DNA of 64,000 nt from the human T2T-CHM13v2.0 reference genome, Homo sapiens, in the NCBI RefSeq assembly GCF_009914755.1, contig NC_060927.1; one strand, 5' to 3'. The notes beneath the pieces were generated by a model that saw only the letters and a list, made by a program, of their open reading frames with translations, had not been told where the DNA came from and ran no database searches. Positions 52,908 to 64,000 of this stretch are shown in pieces. How positions within the stretch are numbered: position 1 is the first letter of the stretch; each line of letters begins with the position of its first letter. Made by a program: the position numbers and the translations under genes.

Positions 52908-54364
52908 ATGGGAAACACTCAGGCATCAACAGTCTCACCCTTGAAATGCATCCTAAGCCATTGGGGCCAATTTGACCCACAAACCCTGAAAAAGAGGCGG
53001 CTCATTTTTTTTCTGCACTACAGCTTGGCCCCAGTATGCTCTCTCTTATGGGGAAAAGTGGCCACCCAAGGGAAGTATAAATTACAATACTATCCCGCAG
53101 CTTGACATTTTCTGTAAGAGGGAAGGCAAATGGAGTGAAATACCTTATGTCCAAGCTCTCTTTTAATTGAAGAGAATACACAACTATGCAACGCTTGCAA
53201 TTTACATCCCACAAGAGGACCCCTCAGCTTACCCCCATATCCTAGCCTCCCTATAGCTCCCCTTCCTATTAATGATAAGCCTCCTCTAATCTCCCCCACC
53301 CAGAAGGAAACAAGCAAAGAAATCTCCAAAGGACCACAAAAACCCCTGGGCTATCAGTTATGTCCCCTTCAAGCTGGAGGGGGAGGGGAATTTGGCCCAA
53401 CCTGGGTACATGTCCCCTTCTCCCTCTCTGATTTAAAGCAGATCAAGGTAGACCTGGGGAAGTTTTCAGATGATCCTGATAGGTACATAGATGTCCTACA
53501 GGGTCTAGGACAAAAGTTCGATCTCACTTGGAGAGATGTCATGCTATTGTTAGATCAAACCCTGACCTTTAATTAAAAGAATGCAGCATTAGCTGCAGCC
53601 TGAGAGTTTGGAGATACCTGGTATCTTAGTCAAGTAAATGACAGAATGACAGCTGAAGAAAGGAACAAATTCCCTACCAGTCAGCAAGCTGTCCCCAGTA
53701 TGGATCCCCACTGGGACCTCAACTCAGATCATGGGGACTGGAGTTGTAAACATCTGTTGACCTGTGTTCTGGAAGGACTAAGGAGAATTAGGAAAAAGCC
53801 CATGAATTATTCAATGATGTCTACCATAACTCAGGGAAAGGAAGAAAATCCTGCCTTTCTTAAGCGGCTACAGGAGGCCTTAAGAAAATATACTCCCCTG
53901 TCACCCGACTCACTCGACGGTCAGTTGATTCTAAAAGATAAGTTTATTACCTAATCAGCTGCAGATATCAGGAGAAAGCTCCAGAAGGGAGCCCTGGGCC
54001 CTGAACAAAATCTGGAGGCATTATTAAACCTGGAAACCTCGGTGTTCTATAATAGGGACCAAGAGGAACAGGCCCAAAAGGAAAAGCGAGATCAGAGACA
54101 GGCCACAGCCTTAGTCATGGCCCTCAGACAAACAAACCTTGGTGGTTCAGAGAGGACAGAAAATGGAGCAGGCCAATCACCCAGTAGGGCTTGTTATCAG
54201 TGTGGTTTTCAAGGACACCTTAAAAAAGATTGTCCAATGAGAAACAAGCTGCCCCTCACCCACGTCCACTATGCCGAGGCAATCACTGGAAGGCACACTG
54301 CCTCAGAAGACAAAGGTTCTCTGGACTGGAAGCCCCCAACCAGATGATCCAATAACAGGACTGA
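52908..54364 (+). pseudogene. HERV9 gag (disrupted)
   Basis: MGNTQAS start, QGKEENP major homology region and a CYQCGFQGHLKKDC zinc knuckle. Several stops and frameshifts. Confidence 0.9.
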
Positions 54365-55640
54365 GGGTACCTGGGGCAAGTGCCAGCTCATGTCATCACC
54401 CTCATGGAGCCCCAGGTATGTTTAACCATTGAGGGCCATGAAATTGACTTCCTCCTGGACACTGGTGCAGCCTTCTCAGTGTTAATCTCCTGTCCTGGAC
54501 AACTGTCCTCAAGATCCATTACCATCCAAAGAATCCTTGAACAGCCTGTAAGCAGGTATTTCTCCTACCTTCTCAGTTGTAATTGGGAGACTTTGCTCTT
54601 TTCACGTGCCTTTCTTATTATGCCTGAAAGTCCCACACCCTTATTAAGGAGGGATATATTAGCCAAACTTGGAGCTATTATTTACATGAATATGGGGAGC
54701 AAGTTACCCATTTGTTGTCCCCTACTTGATGAGGGAATCAACCCTGAAGTCTGGGCATTGGAAGGAACAAACTCAAGCTCCAGCCTTAAGCCTTCCCACA
54801 GGAAAAAACTTCTCTTTATACATCACAGGGAGAGCAGGAATAGTTCTTGGAGTCCTTACTCAGATTCATGGGACAACCCCACATCAGTGGCATACCTAAG
54901 TAAGGAAATTGATGTAGTAGCAAAAGGCTGGCCTCACTGTTTACAGGTAGTTGTGGTGGTGGGAATCTTAGTGTCAGAGGCTATCAAAATAATACAAGGA
55001 AAGGATCTCACTGTCTGGACTACTCATGATGTAAATGGTTTACTAGATGCCAAAGGAAGTTTATGGCTATCAGACAGCCGCCTGCTTAGATACCAGGCGC
55101 TACTCCTTGAGGGACCGGTGCTTCAAATACACACATGTATGGCCCTCAACTCTGCCACTTTTTTCCCAGAGAATGGGGAAACCAATCAAGCATGACTGCC
55201 AACAAATTATAGTCCAGACTTATGCCGCCCAAGATGATCTCTTAGAAGTCCCCTTAGCTAATCCTGACCTTAACCTATATACCGATGGAAGTTTATTTAT
55301 GAAGAATGGGATATGAAGGGCAGGTTATGCCATAGTTAGTGATGTAACCATACTTGAAAGTAAGCCTCCTCCCCCAGGGACCAGCACCCAGTTAGGAGAA
55401 CTAGTGGCACTTACCCAAGACTTAGAACTGGGAAGGGGAAAAAGAATAAATGTGTATACAGATAGCAAGTATGCTTATCTAATCCTACATGCCCATGCTG
55501 CAATATGGAAAGAAAGGGGGTTCCTAACCTCTGGGGGAACCCCCATTAAATACCACAAGGAAACCATGGAATTATTGCATGCAGTGCAAAAACCCAAGGA
55601 GGTGACAGTCTTACACTGCCAAAGCCATCAAAAGGGGAAG
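54365..55640 (+). pseudogene. HERV9 pro-pol remnant (protease, tether, RNase H; RT core and integrase deleted)
   Basis: FLLDTGAAFS protease; NPEVWALEG joined directly to the PAL.LP / VAYLSK connection region; YTDGS and YTDSKYA RNase H motifs. No YxDD or integrase core visible. Confidence 0.88.
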
Positions 55641-55689
55641 GAGAGGGGAGAACAGCAGCATAAGTGGCTGGCAGAGGCAGGGAAAGACC

Positions 55690-55880
55690 AGCAGAAAGGA
55701 AAGAGAGAAAGAGACAGAAAGTCAGAGAGAGAGAGAGAGGAAGAGAGAGACAAAGAGGGAGTCAGGGAGAGAGAGAAAGAGAGACACAGAAAGTCAAAGA
55801 GAGAGAGGAAGAGACAGACAAAGACGGAGTCAGAAAGAGAGAGACAAAGAAGAAGTCAAAGAGAAAGAGAGATAGAAGTA
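55690..55880. repeat. GA-rich simple repeat inside HERV9
   Basis: (GA)n/gagaca arrays. Confidence 0.85.
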
Positions 55881-56579
55881 GTAAAGAAAAAACAGTGTAC
55901 CCTATTCCTTTAGAAGCCAGGGTAAATTTAAAACCTATAATTGATAATTGAAGGTCTTCTCTGTAACCCTATAACACTCCAATACCACCTTGTTGTCAGT
56001 GTAAACAAGGGTATAGCCTGAAAGCACTGAGGCCACTGACAACACGTAGGCTTCCTATCAAAAATCCTTAACCCAGCAGGTTTCCTAACAGGGGATCTAA
56101 ATCTTAATTAATTACCATACAAAGGTCAGACCAGATCTAGGAGGAACTCCCTTCAGGACAGGACGATAGATGGTTCCTCCCAGGCAATTAAGGAAAAAAG
56201 ACACAATGGGTATTCAGTAAATGATAAGGAAACTCGTGTAGAAGCAGAGTTAGGAAAATTGGCTAATAATTGGTCTGCTCAAATGTGTGAGCTCTTTGCA
56301 CTCAGCCAAACCTCAAAGAACTTACAGAATCAGGAAGGAGCCATCTATACCAATTCTAAGTTAATATGGACTGAACAAAGTCTTATTAATAGCAAAGAAT
56401 AATTGAAATCCCAAACTTACAAGGTTTTCAACAAAAGTAAAGTTTGCTAAAAGTTAACAGTGTAAACATATATCATCCTAACTTCTAATCTTGTGGAAAT
56501 CAGACCCTATCAGTACCCCTCAAAGCTCAAGTCCATCAGCACAGAGCCATACAACTAATACCCCTACTTATAAGGTTAG

Positions 56580-57210
56580 GAATGGCTACTGCTACAGGAA
56601 CCGGAAGAGCCAGTTTATCTATTTCATAATCCTACTACCACACATTCTCAAAGGATTTCTCAGACAGTTTGTAAGAAATAATGAAATCTATCCTTACTCT
56701 AAAATCCCAAATAGACTCTTTGGCAGCAGTGACTCTCCAAACTGCCAAGGCCTAGACCTCCTCACTGCTGAGAAAGAAGGACTCTGCACCTTCTTAGGAG
56801 AAGAGTGTTGTTTTTACACTAACCAGTCAGGGAGAGTACAAGATGCCACCCGGCATTTACAGGAAAAGGCTTCTGAAATCAGACAATGCCTTTCAAACTC
56901 TTATACCAACCTCTAGAGTTGGGCAACATGACCTCTTCCCTTTCTAGGTCCCATGGCAGCCATCTTGCTATTACTCGCCTTTGGGCCCTGTATTTTTAAC
57001 CTCTTTGTCAAATTTGTTTCCTCTAGGATCGAGGCCATTGAGCTACAGATGGTCTTACAAATGGAACCCCAAATGAGCTCAACTAACAACTTCTACCAAG
57101 GACCCCTGGACCAACCTGCTGGCCCTTTCACTGGCCTAAAGTGTTCCCCTCTGGAGGACATTAAAACTGCAGGGCCCCTTCTTCACCCCTGTCCAGCAGG
57201 AAGCTGCTAG
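56580..57210 (+). pseudogene. HERV9 env remnant (TM subunit only)
   Basis: GLDLLTAEKEGLC immunosuppressive domain, CTFLGEECC CX6CC motif and LLLAFGPCIFN membrane anchor. Frameshifts and stops; SU absent. Confidence 0.88.
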
Positions 57211-57266
57211 AATGGTCATTGCCCAATTCCCAACAGCAGTTGGGTTGTCCTGTTTAGAGGGGGGAT

Positions 57267-58086
57267 TGAGAAGTGAAGCCAGCTGGGCTTCTGGGTCAGG
57301 CGGGGACTCAGAGAACTTTTCTGTCTAGCTAAAGGATTGAAAACACACCAATCAGCACTCTGTGTCTAGCTAAAGGTTTGTAAACGCACCAATCAGCACT
57401 CTGTAAAAACGCACCAATCAGCACTCTGTGTCTACCTAAAGGTTTGTAAATGCACCAATCAGTACTCTGTAAAAACGCACCAATCAGTGCTCTGTGTCTA
57501 GCTAAAGTTTGTAAACACATCAATCAGCACTCTGTAAAAAGGGACCAATCAGCACTCTGAAAAATGGACCAATCAGTGCTCTGTAAAAGGGACTAATCAG
57601 CAAGACATGGGCGGGGCCAAATAAGGGAATAAAAGCTGGCCACCCAAGCCAGCAGCGGCAACCTGCTCGGGTCCCCTTCCATGCTGTGGAAGCTTTGTTC
57701 TTTCGCTCTTTACAATAAATCTTGCTGCTGCTCACTCTTTGGGTCCACGCTACCTTTATGAGCTGTAACACTCACTGCAAAGGTCTGCAGCTTCACTCCT
57801 GAAGTCAGCAAGACCACAAACCCACCGGAAGGAACAAACAACTCTGGACACACCACCTTTAAGAGCTGCAACACTCACTGCGAAGGTCTGTGGCTTCACT
57901 CCTGAAGTCAAGTGAGACCACGAACCCACTGGAAGGAAGAAACTCTGGACACATCTGAACATCTGAAGGAACAAACTCCAGACACACCATCTTTAGGAAC
58001 TGTAACACTCGCTGCGAGGGTCTGCAGCTTCATTCTTGAAGTGAGTGAGACCAAGAACCGACCAGAAGGAACCAATTCTGGACACA
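57267..58086 (+). promoter_or_regulatory. LTR12 3' LTR (CCAAT array, GC box, TATA-like AATAAAA)
   Basis: Copy of the 5' LTR; GGGCGGGG at 57609-57616 precedes gggaataaaag. Confidence 0.92.
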
Positions 58087-58484
58087 ACATCATACTTACT
58101 GGTGAAGTACTGAAAGCTTCCTCCCTAAGAACAGGAGCAAGACAAAAATGTCTACTCACCACTTGTATTCAACATTGTACTGGAGATTCCAGCCAGAACA
58201 CTTAATCGAGAAAATTAATAAAGACATACAGATTAGGAGAGAAGAAGTAAAACTCACTATTTGCAGATTACATGATTCAAGGTTGCAGGATATAAGATCA
58301 ATAACAAATAATGGTTGTATTTGTATATCAGCAATGAAAAAGCCAAAAATGAAATTAAGAAAACAATATCATTTACAACAGCATCAAAAAAGTACAATAC
58401 TTAGGAATAAATTTTACACAAAAAGAGCAAGATCTGTACACTGAAAACTCCAAAACATTGTTGAAAGAAGTTTAAGAAGACCTA

Positions 58485-58596
58485 GACAGCGGAGGCCTAG
58501 GTGGCAGACAGGGGGCCCGGGCCGCTGCGTGTTGTCCACCCAAGATGGAGTTCCTCCTGGGGAACCCGTTCAGCACACCAGTGGGGCAGTGCTTCG
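58485..58596 (+). pseudogene. TOM1L2: Retrotransposed TOM1L2 first-exon fragment (5' UTR plus about 17 codons)
   Basis: caagATGG then [17 protein letters not shown], matching the recalled TOM1L2 N-terminus [19 protein letters not shown]-rich 5' UTR; lies inside the SVA TSD. Confidence 0.85.
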
Positions 58597-60698
58597 AAAA
58601 TGCCACACAAACACAACCATGGGTATTTAGCTCTACTGAAACAGATGAGGGAAGTAAGGCTGACAGAGGAGCTCAAATCAGTTCTGATTTTTCTCTTCAT
58701 AAAAGAATTTCCATTCTGCAGCATTCATTCAGGAAGCACTCATGAAGAGCCTACCAGGTGCCGGCCCTGGCCTGGGGCTGGGCTTAGAGCCGGGGCAGGA
58801 TGGCCCAGCATCTGCTCCATGGAGCTCACAGCCCAGCCTAGGCTGGCAACTCCAGTCTGCCCCAGTTTCCAGTTCTGTCCATTCCCCTTGCAGCTCAGCA
58901 TGGATGAAGCTTTGAAATCCAGCTCTCCCTCTCCCTCTCCCTCTCCCTCTCCCTCTCCCATCTCCCCACGGTCTCCCCCGTCTCCCCACGGTCTCCCTCT
59001 CCCTCTCCCGTCTCCCCACGGTCTCCCTCTCCCTCTGTTTCCACGGTCTCCCTCTCATGCCGAGCCGAAGCTGGACTGTACTGCTGCCATCTCGGCTCAC
59101 TGCAACCTCCCTGCCTGATTCTCCTGCCTCAGCCTGCCGAGTGCCTGCGATTGTAGGCACGCGCTGCCACGCCTGACTGGTTTTCGTATTTTTTTTGGTG
59201 GAGACGGGGTTTCGCTGTGTTGGCCTGGCCGGTCTCCAGCTCCTAACCGTGAGTGATCCGCCAGCCTCGGCCTCCCGAGGTGCCGGGATTGCAGACGGAG
59301 TCTCGTTCACTCAGTGCTCAATGGTGCCCCGGCTGGAGTGCAGTGGCATGATCTCGGCTCGCTACAACCTCCACCTCCCAGCCGCCTGCCTTGGCCTCCC
59401 AAAGTGCCGAGATTGCATCCTCTGCCCGGCCGCCACCCCGTCTGGGAAGTGAGGAGCGTCTCTGCCTGGCCGCCCATCGTCTGGGATGTGAGGAGCCCCT
59501 CTGCCTGGCTGCCCAGTCTGGGAAGTGAGGAGCGTCTCCGTCCGGCCGCCATCCCATCTAGGAAGTGAGGAGTGCCTCTTCCCGGCCGCCATCCCATCTA
59601 GGAAGTGAAGAGCGTCTCTGCCCGGCCGCCCATCGTCTGAGATGTGGGGAGCGCCTCTGCCCCGCCGCCCCGTCTGGGATGTGAGGAGCGCCTCTGCCCG
59701 GCCGTGACCCCATCTGGGAGGTGAGGAGCGTCTCTGCCCAGCCACCCCTTCTGAGAAGTGAGGAGACCCTCTGCCTGGCAACCGCCCCGTCTGAGAAGAG
59801 AGGAGCCCCTCTGCCCAGCAGCCACCCCGTCTGAGAAGTGAGGAGCCTCTCCGCCCGGCAGCCACCCCATCTGGGAAGTGAGGAGCGTCTCCGCCCGGCA
59901 GCCACCCCGTCCGGGAGGGAGGTGTGGGGGTCTCCCCCCCGCCCGGCCAGCCGCCCCGTCCGGGAGGTGAGGGGCGCCTCTGCCCGGCCGCCCCTACTGG
60001 GAAGTGAGGAGCCCCTCTGCCCGGCCAGCTGCCCCATCCGGGAGGGAGGTGGGGGGGTCAGCCCCCCGCCTGGCCAGCCGCCCCGTCCGGGAGGTGAGGG
60101 GCGCCTCTGCCCGGCCGCCCCTACTGGGAAGTGAGGAGCCCCTCTGCCTGGCCACCACCCCGTCTGGGAGGTGTGCCCAACAGCTCATTGAGAATGGGCC
60201 ATGATGACAATGGCGGTTTTGTGGAATAGAAAAGGGGGAAAGGTGGGGAAAAGATTGAGAAATCGGATGGTTGCCATGTCTGTGTAGAAAGAGGTAGACA
60301 TGGGAGACTTTTCATTTTGTTCTATACTAAGAAAAATTCTTCTGCCTTGGGATCCTGTTGATCTGTGACCTTACCCCCAACCCTGTGCTCTCTGAAACAT
60401 GTGCTGTGTCCACTCAGGGTTAAATGGATTAAGGGCGGTGCAAGATGTGCTTTGTTAAACAGATGCTTGAAGGCAGCATGCTCGTTAAGAGTCGTCACCA
60501 CTCCCTAATCTCAAGTACCCAGGGACACAAACACTGCGGAAGGCCGCAGGGTCCTCTGCCTAGGAAAACCAGAGACCTTTGTTCACTTGTTTATCTGCTG
60601 ACCTTCCCTCCACTATTGTCCTATGACCCTGCCAAATTCCCCTCTCCAAGAAACACCCAAGAATGATCAATAAAAAATAAATTAAAAAAAAAAAAAAA
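58485..60698 (+). mobile_element. 5'-transducing SVA (SVA_C/D-like core from about 58923)
   Basis: (CCCTCT)n, antisense Alu-like region, GC-rich VNTR, SINE-R, AATAAA 60669-60674 and poly(A). TSD (AAA)GAAGTTTAAGAAGACCTA at 58464-58484 and 60696-60716 brackets about 440 bp of non-SVA 5' sequence. Confidence 0.95.
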
Positions 60699-61257
60699 GA
60701 AGTTTAAGAAGACCTAAATAAAGACATCTGTGTCTGTAGGTTAGAAGACTTAATATTGCTAAAATGACAATATTCCCCAAATTGATCTACAGATTTAGCA
60801 TAATCCCTATCAGAATTCAGCTGACTTCTTTTGCAGAAATTGACAAGCTGGTTCTAAAATTCATATGGAAAGTCAAGGGATTCAGAATAGCCAAAGCAAT
60901 CTTGAAAAAGAAAAACAAAGTGGGAGGGCTCACACTTCCTGATTTCAAAACTTACTACGAAGCTACAGTAATCAAACTGGTTTGGTACAGGCACAAACAC
61001 AGACATATAGGTCAGTGAAATAGAATAGAGAGTCTGAAAGAAACCCATATATCTATGGTCAATTTAGTTTTGACAAGGGTGCCAAGTCCATTCAATGGGA
61101 AAACAATTGTCTTTTTGACAAATTATGCCAGAACAACTCGACATCCACATGTAAAAGAATGAATTTGAACCTAGCCTCACTCCATACACAAAACTTAAAA
61201 TGGATCAAAGATCTAAATGTAAGAGCTAAAGCTATAAAACTCTTAGAATTTTAAATC

Positions 61258-61590
61258 GGCCAGGTATGGTGGTTCACACCTGTAATCCCAGCACTTTGGG
61301 AAGCTGAGGTGGGAGAATCACTTGAGCCCAGGAGTTTGAGACCAGCCCAATCAACATAGTGAGACCCCATATCTTAATAAATACATACTTTAAAAAATAA
61401 AAGAACAAAAAAATGAAAAAAATAAATAGCCAGGCATGGTGGTGTGTGCCTGTAGTCCCAGCTACTCAGGAGGCTGAGGTGGGAGGATCACCTGAGTCCA
61501 GGAAGGTCAAGCCTGCAGTGAGCCAAAGTTGCACCACTGCACTCCAGCCTGGACAACAGAGTGACACCCTATCTCCAAAAAAGAAAAAGA
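61258..61590 (+). mobile_element. Alu (AluJ-like) with an expanded A-rich linker
   Basis: cttgagcccaggagtttgagacc left arm; the right arm ends in A-rich sequence. Confidence 0.88.
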
Positions 61591-62116
61591 GAGAAAGAAA
61601 ATCATTTTCTCTTAGTGTTCAAATTTGTCACCATCAATATTTCCTTGTATTTATTTAAATTTCCCTGTGGCTATTTCACCTTTTTCATTCCACTTCATTC
61701 TCTTGATTACCCAGGTTGGTAAACTGTGTATCTTTAAAACTGGTCTTGTCAGAATACTGCCTTTTAAATTTATTTTCCACTACCCATCTTTGTTTTCTAT
61801 GCATTAATTTAAGTTTTGATCTTTATTTGACTGCTTTCCAGATTCATCTGGTGTATCTTTTTCTAGTTTCCTAAGGCTTTGTGAGGCACCGAGTCAAGGG
61901 AAGAGAGGAAGTGCTAAATCTCACCAGACGCTAGAGAGTGATATGGGGATGCACCGTCATGGTCCTCCCTGCTTTGCCATGCTGATGATAATGAGAAGGG
62001 ACTGTGGATGGACTTCACATGAGGAGAGCCCTGCTATGGAATGGCACTCAAGTGCTCTATTTTTCCACCCTCAGCTCTGACACATCTCTGACAGGAGGCA
62101 AGCAGACACATGGTAC

Positions 62117-62471
62117 TGAGGAGAGAGGCCATTTCTCTTACTGTCTCCTGTCTCTGAAGAGAATGAGGAAGTAAAAGCTGAAGAACAACAGGAATGAAGT
62201 CAGTGGCAAGACCAACTGGTGCCACTGACCAGACCTGAGATTGAAAGATTAACCCTCCCCACCCCCGACTCTAACCACATGTGCTCTCAATCTATCACAA
62301 CACTTTCACATGGACCCCTTAGAGTTGAAAGCCCTTTAAAGGGCCAGGAACTCTTTCTTTAGGGAGCTCGGTTCTTGAGATGCAAGTCGGCCAATGCTCC
62401 CGGGGGAATAAAGCCTCTTCCTTCTTTAACCCAGTGTCTGAGGGGTTTTGTCTGCAGCTCATCCTGCTACA
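62117..62471 (+). mobile_element. ERV1-class solo LTR directly upstream of IQCF2
   Basis: TG...CA termini (tgaggagaga...tcctgctaca), exact 4-bp TSD GTAC, tttaaa TATA-like box, AATAAA 62407-62412. Subfamily not assigned. Confidence 0.85.
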
Positions 62472-62644
62472 GTACAAGTTCCCCTGGAGTTTGTTTCTGA
62501 CAGAGACACATCTCTGTGGCAGATGTCCCAATCCCTATGTCATAATGCAATTGTGAATTCAGAGCTCTCTCCTCACTCACGTTACTCATGCCAGACCTTG
62601 GGAAGCAGAGAAATCAGGGCTAATGAACCATCTAAGGACAGGCC

Positions 62645-64000
62645 ATGAGGGTTCGATTTTGTGTAAGAGACATGGCCAGATCTATTAGGTGGACCAGGAA
62701 TGGGTGGGTATCTCCCTGGGCTTTACAGGACTTGAGAAAAGAGAGGATGTTAAAGTAGTAATTGTCTTTGTATAGAGCCATAGAGAGAAACAGTCTTAAC
62801 TCATTTATGTATTTCCCATTTAATTCTGATGACAGACCAAAGGCAATTTAATTTTGGTTATAATTGAGGATGTTGAAGAAAGCATTGAATGGAAGACATT
62901 GCAGAAGAAGAAACAGCAGAAAATCAAGGTGAGAAGAATTCCATGTACTTAAGAGAAATCCAGAACATTTATAACTACATCATAAGGTGTAGGACTTTGC
63001 CTCTTATCAATCCAGGGTCTAATTAGGAGTCAACTCAATGTTGGCTCATTTTTCCTCCATTCTCTTCTCAGTCTGGGCTGTCTGGATCTGGGCCTGACTG
63101 AGATATTGAGAGTGATTGGAAAGAATGAAAGCCTTGGGAGGCCGAGACAGGCAGATCATGAGGTCAGGAGATTGAGACCATCCTGGCTAACACGGTGAAA
63201 CCCCATCTCTACTAAAAATACAAAAAATTAGCCGGGTGTGGTGGTGAGTGCCTGTAGTCCCAGCTATGCTACTCAGGAGGCTGAGGCAGGAGAATGGGTG
63301 AACCCGAGAAGCGGAGCTTGCAGTGAGCCAAGATCACGCCACTGCACTCCAGCCTGGGCAACAGAGCGAGACTCCTTCTCAAAAAAAAAAAAAAAAAAAA
63401 AAGAATGAAAGCCATCAAGAAATGCATAAGGCTGAGAGGTGAGAATGTGAGAACTTGGAATTAGAGAGTAGACTGTTCAAAATATGGAAAGACTTGGAGT
63501 AGAATATGTGGTCAGGGTATTGAAAACCTACCATAGTATCAAAATATGGTCATAGCAGACAGAAATCAGCCAGTGGTGGTTTGGGGCTGGAATTAGCAGA
63601 TAATTACCAGGCAGAAGGTTATGAGGCCTTTCCAAACCCAGTGAGCACCAAAGAGGTGAGTGTGACTAACAAGGTCCCACACATCCCTATTGCACCCTTC
63701 TAGTTACTAATGGTTTTTCCCTTGATCCATGCACTGCAGAAATAGTCTGCAGAAGAACTCTGTGACTCTAAGATTGAAGTGATGTGCCCACAGTGGCAGA
63801 GGAAGGTCACCACCAGGTCTGATGGCTCCTAGTCAGTGTCCTGCTAACTTCCCTGAATTCTGAGGAAGGGCTGTGTTTTGAGAGAGAAAATCCAGGCTCC
63901 TTCCAGGAAGATCCTAGAAGTTGGTGGCAGGAAGTTTTCTGACTGATCGCTCTTGTCTCTGCCTAGGAAAAACTTAGAATAAGAACAAAAGCAGCTGTAA
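62645..64000 (+). CDS. IQCF2: IQ domain-containing protein F2, 5' part; exons 62645-62662, 62836-62928, 63967 to window end
   Basis: MRVRFC|gtaag, gacag|[31 protein letters not shown]|gtgag, cctag|[11 protein letters not shown]...; matches the recalled human IQCF2 N-terminus. Truncated by the window edge. Confidence 0.93.
63134..63400 (+). mobile_element. 5'-truncated AluY in IQCF2 intron 2
   Basis: TSD AAGAATGAAAGCC (63121-63133 and 63401-63413). Confidence 0.93.

Larger units (their letters stand above)
50826..58086 (+). mobile_element. HERV9 (ERV9) provirus with two LTR12 LTRs; defective
   Basis: 5' LTR 50826-51642, 3' LTR 57267-58086, exact 4-bp TSD ACAT (50822-50825 and 58087-58090), PBS 51646-51663, polypurine tract agaggggggat 57256-57266. 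Confidence 0.95.
48790..61250 (+). mobile_element. Old L1 ORF2 host element in three pieces (48790-50825, 58087-58484, 60699-61250)
   Basis: ORF2 motifs YQNLWNAAK..RGKF, TANIIL.GE.LKA..LRTG and IYRFS.IPI...[10 protein letters not shown]. The sequence reads continuously across the HERV9 and SVA insertion sites. Confidence 0.9.

Noticed and set aside
59307-60315. Many overlapping Arg/Gly/Pro-rich ORFs
   Set aside because: They result from the GC-rich SVA VNTR.

Overview
Primate (most likely human) genomic DNA from the testis-expressed IQCF gene cluster; in human this cluster lies on 3p21, a placement recalled rather than computed. Three + strand paralogues share one architecture: a 6-codon exon 1, a short exon 2 and a long IQ-motif exon 3, all joined by phase-0 introns. 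They are the IQCF4 pseudogene (18720-20639, a single TGA), intact IQCF3 (30495-31820, 154 aa) and the first part of IQCF2 (62645 to the window end). The rest is mostly transposon-derived: many Alus, old L1/L2/MIR, MaLR and ERVL LTRs, hAT/Tigger fossils, a rearranged ERVL and a MER61 provirus fragment. Upstream of IQCF2 is a nested stack in which an old L1 was split by an LTR12/HERV9 provirus with a tRNA-Lys PBS and by an SVA carrying a 5'-transduced TOM1L2 first exon inside its target-site duplication. A solo ERV1 LTR also sits just upstream of the IQCF2 promoter. Other notable structures are a templated inverted insertion patching an L1 deletion, an apparent inversion inside the ERVL, a shared IQCF promoter motif and relic duplications. 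No prokaryotic features are present. Repeat subfamily names come from pattern recall and need RepeatMasker confirmation.
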